Positions 38,442 through 50,866 are shown, counted from the first letter of the stretch. The stretch: 64,000 nucleotides of DNA from Candidatus Collierbacteria bacterium (GCA_016183365.1 JACPES010000002.1:93831-157830); one strand, 5' to 3'. Notes: a model not told the origin generated them from the letters alone. Translations and numbers: made by a program.

Positions 38442-38479
38442 ATGTAGAATAACTCTGCTATAGCATAGTAAAACTACAT
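38442..38479. promoter_or_regulatory. nested palindrome family D copy (atgtagaataactctgctatagcatagtaaaactacat) about 70 bp upstream of the PaaX-family gene
   Basis: atgtag/ctacat arms around the palindromic tgctatagca core. Candidate operator. Confidence 0.5.
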
Positions 38480-38548
38480 ATTCTAGAATATTGAATAATT
38501 AGAATGGATGTTAATGGACGTTAAATGCAAGGTTAGGATAATTCGAAA

Positions 38549-39409
38549 ATGAATAGAGAAAAGTCAATTCGCGATACGCATCGGCTGGTGAAAGAAATCA
38601 GTCTGGGAGTTTGTGGAAATCTGGTTGACATTACCCTCTTTTTGGTATGTTTTGCGGGCGGATATATTTTAAGCAGTATGAATACTTCTAAGGGAAGAGT
38701 TAATTTGGAGCCTTTAAAGATTTTGCTCAAGGAATATCCTCAATTGAGATTAAAGCTTAGGAATGTTTTGCGTTTGGCTAAAAGAGATGGATTGATAGAT
38801 GGCGATGATGGATTGACCAGCGCTGGATTTAATAAATTAAACGAAATATTGCCCAAGATAAAACGGTGGCCTAAATGGTCAGGATCTTTATGGTTGATAA
38901 CTTATGATGTGAGCGAAAAAAGGAAAAAGGATCGGGAGATATTTCGCCGATTTTTACTTGATCAGGGATATGGGAAACTGCAGGATTCTGTTTATGTGTC
39001 TCCGTTTGATCCAACCAGATTAGTTAGGAGTGAAATAGAAAAAAGACAGTTCAGAGGAGAAGTGATTGTCTCTAAAATGGGAGTAGATGGACATATCGGA
39101 GAAATGTCGGTAAAAGAGTTAATATCCAAAGTTTACGATTTGGAATCAATTTCAGTTGATTATCTATCATATGTTCAAAGTGTTTCTGGAGACTTCCCGC
39201 TGGAAAAGGCTCCATTCTTATTTTTGGAATATTTGTCTATATTAAAATCAGATCCTCAATTGCCGGAAGAACTTTTGCCGGTTGACTGGCCGGGAAAAAA
39301 AGCTTTTGAACTGACAAATAAGAAATTACTCCCCTATTTACAGCATGATAAAAGAATTGAAGATTTGGTGTTAAGGAATATAAATATTTACAGTTTAAAA
39401 ACCATGTAG
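38549..39409 (+). CDS. PaaX-family transcriptional regulator-like protein
   Basis: WLITYDVSEKRKKDREIFRRFLLDQGYGKLQDSVYVSP aligns to E. coli PaaX WLLLLSEGLDKSTLADVKKQLIWQGFGALAPSLMASP. C-terminal DPQLPEELLPVDWPGKK aligns to PaaX DPLLPEELLPAHWAGH. The mid-region has a superficial Cas2-like (L.TYDVS) look. Confidence 0.65.
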   Translation: MNREKSIRDTHRLVKEISLGVCGNLVDITLFLVCFAGGYILSSMNTSKGRVNLEPLKILLKEYPQLRLKLRNVLRLAKRDGLIDGDDGLTSAGFNKLNEILPKIKRWPKWSGSLWLITYDVSEKRKKDREIFRRFLLDQGYGKLQDSVYVSPFDPTRLVRSEIEKRQFRGEVIVSKMGVDGHIGEMSVKELISKVYDLESISVDYLSYVQSVSGDFPLEKAPFLFLEYLSILKSDPQLPEELLPVDWPGKKAFELTNKKLLPYLQHDKRIEDLVLRNINIYSLKTM

Positions 39410-39442
39410 ATTTGATTTGCTATAGCAGAGTCAATCTACATG
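39403..39442. repeat. nested palindrome family D, perfect copy (catgtagatt-tgatttgctatagcagagtc-aatctacatg) overlapping the PaaX-family gene stop codon
   Basis: 10-bp perfect inverted arms. The gene's ATG-TAG stop is part of the left arm. Confidence 0.7.
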
Positions 39443-39504
39443 ATGATATTGGTTAATATTTAGGCTGTTTGAGTGTAACGGGCGCTCAGCGGAAATAAGT
39501 AAGT

Positions 39505-39834
39505 TTAGGAAATTCTGTCGACGTGAAGTTTTACCGCCGAAGAAATTGCATCGGAAACTATTGTTTCGGCAACATCAGCCACGCAAACTTCGAAAAAATC
39601 AAAACCAGCTTGAGCGCAAAACTGCCGGAAAGTTGCTAATTCATCTTTTGGAGCTTGATCTTTTTCTCTTAACCTATTTACCGTCCAGAGATAATTGGTC
39701 ACACTTTCTGTTCCGTGATCGACTGCCATCGTGGTTAACAGACTGGCCGCTTTTTGATTATCATTGAGGGCAAACAAAATATCATATGCCGCCATGGCCG
39801 TGATTCCGGGATATGCAACTAATTTTTCAGCCAA
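39505..39834 (-). CDS. hypothetical protein (possibly the 3' part of a frameshifted gene continuing from 39835-39927)
   Basis: The 109-aa ORF opens with TTG. An upstream short ORF MKPIELFRQICSFSRSGRTIDNLRLQREK runs into it with a 1-nt frame change. Confidence 0.25.
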   Translation of the reverse strand: MAEKLVAYPGITAMAAYDILFALNDNQKAASLLTTMAVDHGTESVTNYLWTVNRLREKDQAPKDELATFRQFCAQAGFDFFEVCVADVAETIVSDAISSAVKLHVDRIS

Positions 39835-39927
39835 GCTTCTCCCGCTGTAATCGCAAATTATCTATTGTTCGTCCGGATCTGGAAAAAGAGCAAATTTGTC
39901 GAAATAATTCAATTGGCTTCATTGAGG

Positions 39928-42534
39928 TTAGTCTTCTTTCTCAATCGTAGCTACGGCGGCGACGAAATCTGTTTTGTCTGACAATCTGACTAGGATAACT
40001 CCTTGGGTTGGGCGCTTTAAGACCGGAATGTTTTTCAACGGCAGTTTTATGGCTTGGGCTTTGGAGGTGGTAATGACTATGAATTCGTCTAAATCGGTAG
40101 CTAGAATAGCGGCGGCGACATTACCGGTTTTATCGTTTATGACAGCCACTTTTACTCCTTGTCCGCCGCGGTTTTGGACCGGATATTCGGTGATAGCGGT
40201 CCGTTTCCCAATCCCCTTTTCGGTGACTACCAACAATTCACGGAAAACCTTGCGGCGTTTATCCGGCGAGCTAATAGTCGAGGACGGCAGAACTGTCATT
40301 GATAACAGTTGGTCGGTTTTGGACATTTCTATGCCTTTAACTCCTTGGGTATCCCGGCCGGTCGATCGGACGTCTTTTTCCGAAAACCTGATGGCTTTAC
40401 CGTTATATGTCGCTAGTAGAATATGGTCATCGTTGGAAGAAGCCATCACTTTTACTAATTCGTCTCCGTCTCTCAAATCTATGGCGATCAGGCCGGAACT
40501 TTTGATATTGGCGTATTGGCTAATGGAAGTTTTTTTGATTAATCCGTGTTTGGTAGCGGCCACGATGAATTTTGTCTGGCTGTCTTTAGAAATTGTCAGA
40601 GTGGACCTAATAGATTCATCTTGTGATAAATTCAATAAATTGACAATCGCTTGGCCCTTGGCTAGTCTGCCGCCTGACGGAAGTTCGTAAGCCTTTAGGC
40701 GGTAAACCTTGCCCAAATTGGTGAAGAAAAGAATATCGTCATGAGTATTGGCGGTCAGGATGGTAGAAATAGCGTCTTCTTCTTTGGTTTCCATGCCTTT
40801 AACCCCTTTGCCGCCGCGGCGCTGGGAGCGGTAAATGTCAGACGGCATTCTCTTGATATATCCAGTTTCAGTGATGATGATGATAACCTCTTCCTGCGGT
40901 ACCAGATCCAAGTCCGAAAACTCGCCGATTTTTCCTTTAATCACTCTGGTTTTGCGGCCGTCTGCGTAGGTTCCTTTTAGATAATTCATTTCTGAAATGA
41001 TTTCCGCCAAAATATTTTTGGGGTCAGACAGCAGAGCGGTTAATTTCAAGATCATTTGCTTGATGCTTTCGTACTCGGCGACTAATTTCTGTCGTTCCAG
41101 GGCGGCCAGTTTCTTTAACTGCATTTCCAAAATAGCGATGGCCTGGAGTTCGGAAAATCCGAATTTGCTGATTAAACTTAATTTGGCCTCATCGGCATCT
41201 TTGGATTTTCTGATTGCGCTTATGACTTCGTCTAAAATATCAATGGCTTTCAGCAAACCTTCCAGGATATGATTGCGGGCTTTGGCTGCTTTCAGGTCAA
41301 ATTGGCTGCGGCGGACGACTACGACTTGGCGGTGCCTGACGAATTCCGATAAAATTGTTTTTAAATTCATCAGTTGCGGAATTCCATGAGAGGTCAGGGC
41401 GACAATATTGGCCGGAAAAGTTGTCTGCAATTCAGTGTATTTGTAAAGTTGGTTGAGGATGGCTTTGGGGACAGAATCCTTTTTTAAATCCACGGCAATT
41501 CTTAATCCGTCGCGGTCAGATTCATCCCGCAGATCGGCTATGCCTTCAATCCGTTTTTGTTTGACTAAATCGGCGATTTTGGCCACTAATCTGGCTTTAT
41601 TAACCTGATAAGGGATTTGGGTAATGATTATCTGGAATCTGCCTTGCCTGGTTTCTTCGATGGCGGCTACCCCGCGGACGACAATACTGCCGCGGCCGGT
41701 CGAATAAACATCGGCAATGATTTGGGCGTCATAGATGATTCCGCCTGTCGGAAAATCCGGACCTTTGACAAACTGTAGCAAATCCGAGATACTGGCTTCG
41801 GAAGAGAAATCACCGGCAATTAGCGATGGATCTGCAGTCTCGAGTTGGGATATTTCCGGTACACTTTGAGTTTTCTGAATACTTCCCTTCTCGATTAACT
41901 CGTGTATTGCGTCGCAAACCTCGGTTAAATTGTGGGGCGGAATTTTAGTCGCCATCCCGACCGCGATTCCGTCAGACCCCATCAATAACAGATTGGGAAC
42001 TTTTGCCGGCAAGACCGTCGGTTCTCTTTGGCTGCCGTCGAAGTTATCCATAAAATCCACGGTTTCTTTTTCTAAATCTGCCAAAATTTCAGCGGTGATT
42101 CGTTCCATTCTGGCTTCGGTATAACGCATGGCGGCCGGCGGATCACCGTCGATTGATCCGAAATTTCCCTGGCCGTCCACCAGCCTGTATCTCATCGAGA
42201 AATCCTGGGCTAACCGGACCAGGGCGTCATATACCGCCATATCTCCGTGGGGGTGATATTTCCCCAAAACTTCTCCGACAATTCTGGCGGTTTTTTTGTA
42301 TGTCGAGCCTTTGGTCAGCCCCAGGCCTTTCATCGTATACAGAATCCGGCGATGGACCGGCTTTAGGCCGTCGCGGACATCCGGCAGGGCCCGGGCCACT
42401 ATAACGCTCATGGCGTAGTCCAGGTATGATCGTTCCATCTCGGTAGTGATAGCCACGGATTTGACTAAGCCGTAATCGGTTTTGGTGAGTTGATCTATGA
42501 TTGAACTGTTATCCATACAATCTTTTCGAAACAC
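39928..42534 (-). CDS. gyrA: DNA gyrase subunit A
   Basis: 868 aa with the active-site Tyr region ([10 protein letters not shown]), QRDR-like motifs and C-terminal beta-pinwheel repeats. Confidence 0.95.
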   Translation of the reverse strand: MFRKDCMDNSSIIDQLTKTDYGLVKSVAITTEMERSYLDYAMSVIVARALPDVRDGLKPVHRRILYTMKGLGLTKGSTYKKTARIVGEVLGKYHPHGDMAVYDALVRLAQDFSMRYRLVDGQGNFGSIDGDPPAAMRYTEARMERITAEILADLEKETVDFMDNFDGSQREPTVLPAKVPNLLLMGSDGIAVGMATKIPPHNLTEVCDAIHELIEKGSIQKTQSVPEISQLETADPSLIAGDFSSEASISDLLQFVKGPDFPTGGIIYDAQIIADVYSTGRGSIVVRGVAAIEETRQGRFQIIITQIPYQVNKARLVAKIADLVKQKRIEGIADLRDESDRDGLRIAVDLKKDSVPKAILNQLYKYTELQTTFPANIVALTSHGIPQLMNLKTILSEFVRHRQVVVVRRSQFDLKAAKARNHILEGLLKAIDILDEVISAIRKSKDADEAKLSLISKFGFSELQAIAILEMQLKKLAALERQKLVAEYESIKQMILKLTALLSDPKNILAEIISEMNYLKGTYADGRKTRVIKGKIGEFSDLDLVPQEEVIIIITETGYIKRMPSDIYRSQRRGGKGVKGMETKEEDAISTILTANTHDDILFFTNLGKVYRLKAYELPSGGRLAKGQAIVNLLNLSQDESIRSTLTISKDSQTKFIVAATKHGLIKKTSISQYANIKSSGLIAIDLRDGDELVKVMASSNDDHILLATYNGKAIRFSEKDVRSTGRDTQGVKGIEMSKTDQLLSMTVLPSSTISSPDKRRKVFRELLVVTEKGIGKRTAITEYPVQNRGGQGVKVAVINDKTGNVAAAILATDLDEFIVITTSKAQAIKLPLKNIPVLKRPTQGVILVRLSDKTDFVAAVATIEKED

Positions 42535-42639
42535 TCGGAAAACTCAGAAATCCGGATAATCGGATACTCGGAGAGTCGGATTTTCAGATAATCTGATTGT
42601 CTGAATTTCTGGCTATCAGAGTATTCTGAGTGTTCTGAA

Positions 42640-43125
42640 CTAAATTAAGCATTTCTCCAGTTTCTTCAACGCCTTTGCTTTCCCTATCCAATTTCTAATC
42701 TTGACCCATTTCCCCGGTTCCAGAGTTTTATAGGTTTCAAAGAAATGCCTGATCCGGTTTTTGAGAGCTTCAGGAATATCGGAAATATTTTCCCAAACTC
42801 CGTAAATCGGATCGACTTTAGCTAAAGGAACACCGACGAATTTATGATCAATCCCCTCTTCGTCTTCCATCTCTAGCATTCCGATAACCTTGCCCTTGAT
42901 AACACACCCCGGAACGACAGCTTGGCTGGACAAAAGGACGATGTCAGCCGGGTCTCCGTCTTCAGCTTTAGTTCCTTTGATAGATCCGTAATTAGCCGGA
43001 TACACTTCGGAAGTGAACAGAAACCGGTCGGCCACCAGTTCGCCGGTTTTCTCGTCAACCTCGTATTTTACGGACGAACCGGCCGGAATTTCGATAAAGA
43101 ATTTTAGATTATTTAAGTCTGCCAT
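42640..43125 (-). CDS. ppa: inorganic pyrophosphatase (family I)
   Basis: IEIPAGSSVKYEVDEKTGEL and DGDPADIV are family I PPase motifs. Confidence 0.9.
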   Translation of the reverse strand: MADLNNLKFFIEIPAGSSVKYEVDEKTGELVADRFLFTSEVYPANYGSIKGTKAEDGDPADIVLLSSQAVVPGCVIKGKVIGMLEMEDEEGIDHKFVGVPLAKVDPIYGVWENISDIPEALKNRIRHFFETYKTLEPGKWVKIRNWIGKAKALKKLEKCLI

Positions 43126-43151
43126 GTTTTCACCCCCGATCTCAATGCTAT

Positions 43152-43207
43152 CCTAATCTACGAATTCATCCGAATGCTACGAATAGAATTCGGATAATTC
43201 GGATCGC

Positions 43208-43210
<3 letters not shown>
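43152..43210 (-). promoter_or_regulatory. upstream element family B copy (directly 5' of ppa, overlapping the gyrB stop)
   Basis: The reverse complement reads atccgaattatccgaattctattcgtagcattcggatgaattcgtagattaggatagc, about 25 nt upstream of the ppa ATG. Confidence 0.6.
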
Positions 43211-45259
<2,049 letters not shown>

Positions 45260-45343
45260 CTAGATAGGATGTTGAATTCAGTTTTGAAAGTGTAAATAAA
45301 AGCTTACGATCGTGAGGGAGTATTAACATTCTAGTGAACAGTA

Positions 45344-46111
45344 TTATTTCTTAGGAATATCCAGGACGAACTGCTGCAGGGCCAGCTGGACGTTGAGGTT
45401 GTTTTTTAGGCGGCGGTGGGATAAACAAGCTGCTACTAGGCAGTTTGTTATTGAGCGTTGAGCGTTGAGCGTTGAGCGTTGAAGGCCAGGAGTTGAATAC
45501 TGAAGAAGTGCCTGATGCAAGTTGACAATGATATTTTCCATAAATTTCAGGGCATCGGGGCGTAGGATAGTACTTTGATACGGAGAGAATTTTTTGGCGG
45601 AAAATTCGGATAGCAAGTCGTAAAGAATAGTTAATTTTTCAGACGGTGATTTATTCCCAATTTCTGTCAAACTATGTAGAATGCCCATGCTATAGCTTGT
45701 TGAATCTACATTGGTTGCTGACGCTTCGGTGGGTAATCTGATAATCTTGCATCTTGACCTGATGGTCGGTAGCAGTGAAGATTCTGAATCAGCAATTAGA
45801 ATAATATAGTTATTTTCTCCGGGTTCTTCCAGAATTTTTAATATTGCGTGTTGGGCCGGAATGGTTAAGGTTTGGGCCTGATGGATAATTACCGCCCGCT
45901 GGTCGATTGTCTTTTGCGACAACCAGTTAGTAATAAACCTGACGTCTTCAATCGTTAATGTTGGAATTTTCGAGGCAGCTTTAGCCGAAGGATTCAAGTC
46001 CAGCCTATTTTTCGGCTCAATCCTGCCGATACCCAGGCGGGTACCGGGCAGATCTTCAACCCGTTCCTCTACCCTATTTTGATTTTGGCCACAAACTATG
46101 AATGCGTGCAT
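45344..46111 (-). CDS. holB: DNA polymerase III delta-prime subunit-like (clamp loader)
   Basis: IILIADSESSLLPTIRSRC (the SRC motif) within AAA+-like architecture. Confidence 0.7.
   Translation of the reverse strand: MHAFIVCGQNQNRVEERVEDLPGTRLGIGRIEPKNRLDLNPSAKAASKIPTLTIEDVRFITNWLSQKTIDQRAVIIHQAQTLTIPAQHAILKILEEPGENNYIILIADSESSLLPTIRSRCKIIRLPTEASATNVDSTSYSMGILHSLTEIGNKSPSEKLTILYDLLSEFSAKKFSPYQSTILRPDALKFMENIIVNLHQALLQYSTPGLQRSTLNAQRSITNCLVAACLSHRRLKNNLNVQLALQQFVLDIPKK
45451..45478. repeat. 7-bp x4 tandem repeat (ttgagcg) inside holB
   Basis: ttgagcgttgagcgttgagcgttgagcg, then ttgaagg. It encodes STLNAQRSTLNAQ-like residues on the minus strand. Confidence 0.8.
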
Positions 46112-46153
46112 GATTTACTTTTTGGCTTATACATTCTATATTATAAGGAGAAT

Positions 46154-47866
46154 ATGAATGCGTCTACTGCCCGGGCTACCATCTTAGATATCCTATTATC
46201 CGGAGGAGTTATAACCGATGATCAGTTTAACCGGGTTAAGTTGGAGTCTATCAATACCGGAATTCCGGCTGAGCAAATACTGATTAACCACAATTTTGTC
46301 GACCCTCAAAAATTAGCTCAAGCCAAATCCGAGCTGTATAACGTTCCTTACGTCAATCTTTTAGAAAGGGCGGCATCTCCCGAGGCCTTAAATACTCTAC
46401 CGGAAATAGTTGCCAGGCGGTATTTGGCGTTTCCGCTGTCTCTGGATAAAGACGCCGGTGTTCTATCAGTCGCTATGGTAAATCCTTTGGATTTGTCGGT
46501 GTTGGAATTTTTGGAAAAGAAAACCGGATTTAAAATTAAGCCTTTGATGGCCGCCGAAGTTGACGTCAAATTAATGATTGATGAAAAATATTCCCAGAGT
46601 TTATCAACCGAAGTTACCGAAGCTTTAAAAGAATCTGGCGAATCCGCACAAAAAGTTATCTCTGTTACCAGTTTAACTTCCGGAGTGGCTGTCAGAGAGG
46701 CCCCGATTACTAAAATTGTGGCCACTATTTTGGAATTTGCCATGAAATCCAGGGCATCTGACATTCATATTGAACCTCAAGAAGATAGGAGCCAGGTCAG
46801 ATACAGAATTGACGGTATTCTGCATGAAAAATTGATTTTGCCGCGGCGGGTTCATGACGCCGTAATTTCCAGGGTCAAAATTCTGTCGGAAATGAAAATC
46901 GACGAAAAGCGCGTTCCCCAAGACGGCCGGTTTACTTTTCGGGCCGGGGGGGAAGAAGTAGATTTGCGGGTTAGCTCTCTACCCACGGTTCACGGAGAGA
47001 AAATTGTGATGCGGTTGCTGAAAAAATCCGGACACATTCCGAGTTTGCCCGAGTTAGGGATAAGAGGCCGGGCCTTGAAAAACCTAGAGGACGCAATCGC
47101 CGTGCCTCATGGGATTATTTTGGTTACCGGTCCGACCGGTTCCGGCAAGACTACTACCCTATATTCGATTTTACACAAAATCAACACCCCTCGAGTCAAT
47201 ATAGTTACATTAGAAGATCCGGTGGAATATCAGATTGCCGGCATTAATCAGGTCCAAACCAATCCTCAAGCGGGGTTGACTTTTGCATCCGGTTTAAGAA
47301 GTTTTTTGCGCCAAGATCCGAATATTATTATGGTCGGAGAGATCCGCGATTCCGAAACCGCCGATTTGGCTATTCAGGCTTCCTTAACCGGGCACTTGGT
47401 TTTTTCCACTCTGCACACTAATTCGGCTGCCGGAGCCTTGCCGCGGTTATTGGATATGAAGGCGGAACCGTTTTTGTTAGCCAGTTCGATGACTTGCGTT
47501 ATGGCCCAAAGGGTGGTTAGAAAAATATGCGAGCATTGCAAGGAGGACTATCAACCTTCAGCCGAGGTAATAGAAAATGTCCGAAAAGTGTTGGATAAAC
47601 TGCTTCCGGCCGGAGAGTTTAAGCTCTACCGCGGCCGGAAATGTCCGGAATGCGGCGATACCGGCTACTTTGGCAGAATTGCCGTATTTGAGGTCTTGCC
47701 TATCAGTGAAAAAATTGGTAGATTGATATTAGAGCGCCGGCCGGCGATAGATATTGAACATCAGGCGGTGGAAGAAGGTATGGTTTTAATGAAACAAGAC
47801 GGATATTTAAAGGCTTTAGAAGGAATAACTTCGATTGAAGAAGTATTGAGGGTGGCCCAGACATGA
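46154..47866 (+). CDS. pilB: type IV pilus assembly ATPase PilB (GspE family)
   Basis: N1E domain, Walker A (GPTGSGKTT), Asp/His boxes and the tetracysteine motif CEHC...CPECGDTG. Confidence 0.85.
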   Translation: MNASTARATILDILLSGGVITDDQFNRVKLESINTGIPAEQILINHNFVDPQKLAQAKSELYNVPYVNLLERAASPEALNTLPEIVARRYLAFPLSLDKDAGVLSVAMVNPLDLSVLEFLEKKTGFKIKPLMAAEVDVKLMIDEKYSQSLSTEVTEALKESGESAQKVISVTSLTSGVAVREAPITKIVATILEFAMKSRASDIHIEPQEDRSQVRYRIDGILHEKLILPRRVHDAVISRVKILSEMKIDEKRVPQDGRFTFRAGGEEVDLRVSSLPTVHGEKIVMRLLKKSGHIPSLPELGIRGRALKNLEDAIAVPHGIILVTGPTGSGKTTTLYSILHKINTPRVNIVTLEDPVEYQIAGINQVQTNPQAGLTFASGLRSFLRQDPNIIMVGEIRDSETADLAIQASLTGHLVFSTLHTNSAAGALPRLLDMKAEPFLLASSMTCVMAQRVVRKICEHCKEDYQPSAEVIENVRKVLDKLLPAGEFKLYRGRKCPECGDTGYFGRIAVFEVLPISEKIGRLILERRPAIDIEHQAVEEGMVLMKQDGYLKALEGITSIEEVLRVAQT

Positions 47867-48915
47867 CAATACAAGAACTACTAGATATTGTTATTGCCAA
47901 AGATGCTTCAGACCTTCATATGGTAGTCGGGTCTCCTCCTTCAATCAGGGTTGACGGGTCGTTGGTTTTTTTAAGAAATGAACCGTTGACTAATGACGAG
48001 GCGATTCAGTTAATCAATTCTCTCTTGAGTTCGGAACAAAAGGATCAATTTCAGGTCAATAGAGAATTGGATTTGAGTTATCAGTATGCCGATAAAGGCC
48101 GATTCAGGATTAACGCTTATTTTCAACAAGATCACCCCTCGGCGGCTTTAAGACTGATTCATTCCAATATTAAAACCCCGGAGCAATTGCGTTTGCCGCA
48201 AATTGTTCACATTTTTGCCGGATTGAAACAGGGATTCGTGATGGTTACCGGTCCTACGGGACACGGAAAATCTTCAACCCTGGCGGCTATTATTGAAGAA
48301 ATCAATCAAACCCGGTCTGACCATATTGTCACAATTGAAGATCCGATTGAGTTTGTTTACACTCCCAAAAAGTCAATTATCTCCCAGCGGGAGATGAAAT
48401 ATGACACTCATGGGTGGGATATCGCCTTGAGGTCGGTTTTGCGGGAAGATCCGGATGTGGTCCTAGTCGGTGAAATGCGAGATTACGAAACCATCGCCGC
48501 CGCTTTAACTGTGGCTGAAACCGGCCATTTGGTTTTTGCCACCCTGCACACTAATTCAGCCGCCCAAACCATTGACAGAATTATCGATGTTTTTCCGGAA
48601 GAACAACAGCAGCAGGTCAGGCAACAATTGGCCGGCAGTTTAGAGGCGGTCATCTCCCAACGCTTGATTCCGGCTATCCCGGCCGGCCGGGTCCCGGCGA
48701 CGGAAATTCTGTTGGCGACTCCGGCTGTCCGGAACCTGATCCGAGAAGGCAAAAGCCATATGATTGATAACGTCATCCAAACTTCAGGAGCTTTGGGAAT
48801 GATGACCCTGGAAAATTCGTTGGCTGCCTGGGTTAGAGCCGGGGCGATTACCCTGGAAATGGCTAAAACCTACGCTTTAAGGCCGGGTGAAATTGAAAGG
48901 TTGGTACACGGTTAA
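47863..48915 (+). CDS. pilT: twitching-motility ATPase PilT
   Basis: Walker A (GPTGHGKSST) and the PilT AIRNLIREGK motif, here AVRNLIREGKSHM. Confidence 0.85.
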   Translation: MTIQELLDIVIAKDASDLHMVVGSPPSIRVDGSLVFLRNEPLTNDEAIQLINSLLSSEQKDQFQVNRELDLSYQYADKGRFRINAYFQQDHPSAALRLIHSNIKTPEQLRLPQIVHIFAGLKQGFVMVTGPTGHGKSSTLAAIIEEINQTRSDHIVTIEDPIEFVYTPKKSIISQREMKYDTHGWDIALRSVLREDPDVVLVGEMRDYETIAAALTVAETGHLVFATLHTNSAAQTIDRIIDVFPEEQQQQVRQQLAGSLEAVISQRLIPAIPAGRVPATEILLATPAVRNLIREGKSHMIDNVIQTSGALGMMTLENSLAAWVRAGAITLEMAKTYALRPGEIERLVHG

Positions 48916-48927
48916 ACCAAAAATTAA

Positions 48928-50130
48928 ATGCTTCTATTTTCCTATAAAGCTAAGGCGGTTGACGGACAGACTCTAAAGGGCCAAGTGGAAGCCCCGACCC
49001 GAGAAATGGCGGTGGAAATTCTGCGCCGCCGAAAATTGTTTGTAATTTACGTCATAACCGTTAAACCATCCATATTTGCTTTAATATCCAAAAAACTAAA
49101 GAAAGTCGGGTTGGACGATGTGGTAGCTTTTACTCGGCAGATGTCGACCATGGTTGCTTCGGGACTGCCGTTAACTGAAGCCCTAAAGATACTCCGCAGT
49201 CAATCAAATCCGGTGATGTCAGCCGTTATCGGAGAAATATTGCAGGATGTGGAGGGTGGGGTTAGTTTGGCCATGGCATTGGAAAAGCAGCGGGGGGTTT
49301 TTTCTCCGGTTTATATATCGTTGGTCAAAGCCGGAGAGTCGGCCGGGGTCCTGGATAATATCTTAACCCGTTTGGCGGTTAATCTGGAGAAAAACAAAGC
49401 TTTTTCTAATAAGGTTAAAGGCGCCATGATCTATCCGGCGATTGTGGTGGGGGCGATGATAGTCGTTGGTTTTATTATGATGATTTTTGTGATTCCAAAA
49501 TTAATGCAGATGTATCAAACCTTTAATGCCGAATTGCCTCTCCCAACTAAAATTTTGATTTCCAGTTCTACTGGGATGAAGAATAATGCCATATTGGTGT
49601 TCGGGATTTTGGCGGTGGTTGTAACCGGATTTTCGATGTGGGTTAAAACCGCAGACGGCCGACGACGGCTTGAACTGTTTATTTTTAAAGTTCCGATTAT
49701 CGGCAAGCTTCAAAAACAAGTGATTATGACGGAATTTACCAGGACTATCGGCCTTTTGGTCGGAGCCGGAATTTCGATTATTGACGCCTTAAAGATTTCG
49801 GCTGATTCGGTCGGAAATTCGGTTTACCAAAAAGCTCTTTTATTTGCCGCCTCTTCAGTCGAAAAAGGCCTGCCGTTGGCTGTGCCGATTGCCCAGAATC
49901 CATATTTCCCGCCGATTTTGGCGCAAATGATTTCGGTGGGCGAAGAAACCGGCAAAGTCGACGAGGTGTTGGCAAAATTATCCCTCTATTTTGAAGCGGA
50001 GAGCGAGCAGGGAGTGGCGGCCTTGACAGCCGCTATAGAACCGCTTATTATGATTGTGCTGGGAATAGGAGTTGGTTTTTTGGTGATCGCGGTTATCCTG
50101 CCAATTTACAATTTAACCAGCGCATTTTAG
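48928..50130 (+). CDS. pilC: type IV pilus platform protein PilC (GspF family)
   Basis: Two GspF repeats; a 400-aa polytopic protein. Confidence 0.85.
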   Translation: MLLFSYKAKAVDGQTLKGQVEAPTREMAVEILRRRKLFVIYVITVKPSIFALISKKLKKVGLDDVVAFTRQMSTMVASGLPLTEALKILRSQSNPVMSAVIGEILQDVEGGVSLAMALEKQRGVFSPVYISLVKAGESAGVLDNILTRLAVNLEKNKAFSNKVKGAMIYPAIVVGAMIVVGFIMMIFVIPKLMQMYQTFNAELPLPTKILISSSTGMKNNAILVFGILAVVVTGFSMWVKTADGRRRLELFIFKVPIIGKLQKQVIMTEFTRTIGLLVGAGISIIDALKISADSVGNSVYQKALLFAASSVEKGLPLAVPIAQNPYFPPILAQMISVGEETGKVDEVLAKLSLYFEAESEQGVAALTAAIEPLIMIVLGIGVGFLVIAVILPIYNLTSAF

Positions 50131-50232
50131 AAAATGAAAAAATATTTGCCCGCCTTGCCTTACTACTCGCCTTTTACATCCCGATGTCATGTCGGGGACG
50201 GCTCGTGGAGCAGCTGGTCGGCGGGTCGCACA

Positions 50233-50265
50233 CTATATTGTAATTATATTGTAATTATATTGTAA
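50233..50265. repeat. 11-bp x3 tandem repeat (atattgtaatt) in the major pilin promoter region, following a GC-rich 60-bp segment
   Basis: ctatattgtaattatattgtaattatattgtaattaataaattat ... aggaggtg ... ATG. Confidence 0.75.
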
Positions 50266-50302
50266 TTAATAAATTATATGAGTGCGAGAGGAGGTGAAAA
50301 AA

Positions 50303-50839
50303 ATGTTAAGAAAGGGTTTTACTTTAATTGAATTATTAATCGTCATTTCCATCTTAGGAATTTTGGCGGTGGCTGTTTTATCAGCCATCAACCCGGTGGA
50401 ACAGCTCAAAAAATCCCGGGATGCCAGACGCAAATCCGACGTGGCTGAACTTTTAAACGCCCATGAGCGTTATTTCACCACTTTCGGCTGTTATGTTTGG
50501 GATAACTATTCCGGTGTCTGCACTAACGGAAACAATCCCAGCGCCACGATAGTCACCGCGGCCACGTTTGTGGCCGGCAGTGGAAACATCAACGGCGACT
50601 TACTCACTAAAGAGGAGTTAAAGGCTCAATTTTCTTCCCGGCAGACTGTAACTCTTGGCGAAATGTTTCTAACCGAATCTGCTACCAATCAGGTTTCAGT
50701 TTGTTTCTCGCCGGAGAGCCAATCTGCCAGAGCCGGAGGCTTGGGGCCATTGCGGACCCAAACCAACGCGACGGCCGGAAGTTGCGGAGCTGCCTACGCG
50801 GTCAGCGATGCTAATTGCAACGTGTGTGTGCCGCAGTAA
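50303..50839 (+). CDS. pilA: type IV pilin (probable major pilin; short MLRKG leader, G|FTLIELL)
   Basis: Strong RBS aggaggtg 7 nt upstream. Class III signal: leader, then FTLIELLIVISILGILAVAV. A C-terminal Cys pair is present. Confidence 0.7.
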   Translation: MLRKGFTLIELLIVISILGILAVAVLSAINPVEQLKKSRDARRKSDVAELLNAHERYFTTFGCYVWDNYSGVCTNGNNPSATIVTAATFVAGSGNINGDLLTKEELKAQFSSRQTVTLGEMFLTESATNQVSVCFSPESQSARAGGLGPLRTQTNATAGSCGAAYAVSDANCNVCVPQ

Positions 50840-50866
50840 TCCAAACATGGGTGGCCAACTTGGATA

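Noticed and set aside
38549-39409. Cas2-like motif (WLITYDVSEKRKKDREI...LQDSVYV) suggesting a CRISPR adaptation gene.
   Set aside because: The whole protein aligns end-to-end with the PaaX regulator family, including the C-terminal LLPEELLP..W.G block. No CRISPR repeat array or cas1 exists anywhere in the window.
37378-39442. Integron-like reading (tyrosine recombinase + attC-like palindromes flanking a cassette ORF).
   Set aside because: The recombinase has XerC/D architecture with its insertion in the inter-domain linker, not the IntI-specific patch. It is co-directional with the cassette. The palindromes fit a PaaX-type operator better than attC.
39403-39442. The family D palindrome as a XerCD dif site.
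   Set aside because: dif sites have 11-bp arms around a 6-bp core and are single-copy. This element has a 20-bp spacer and at least three copies.
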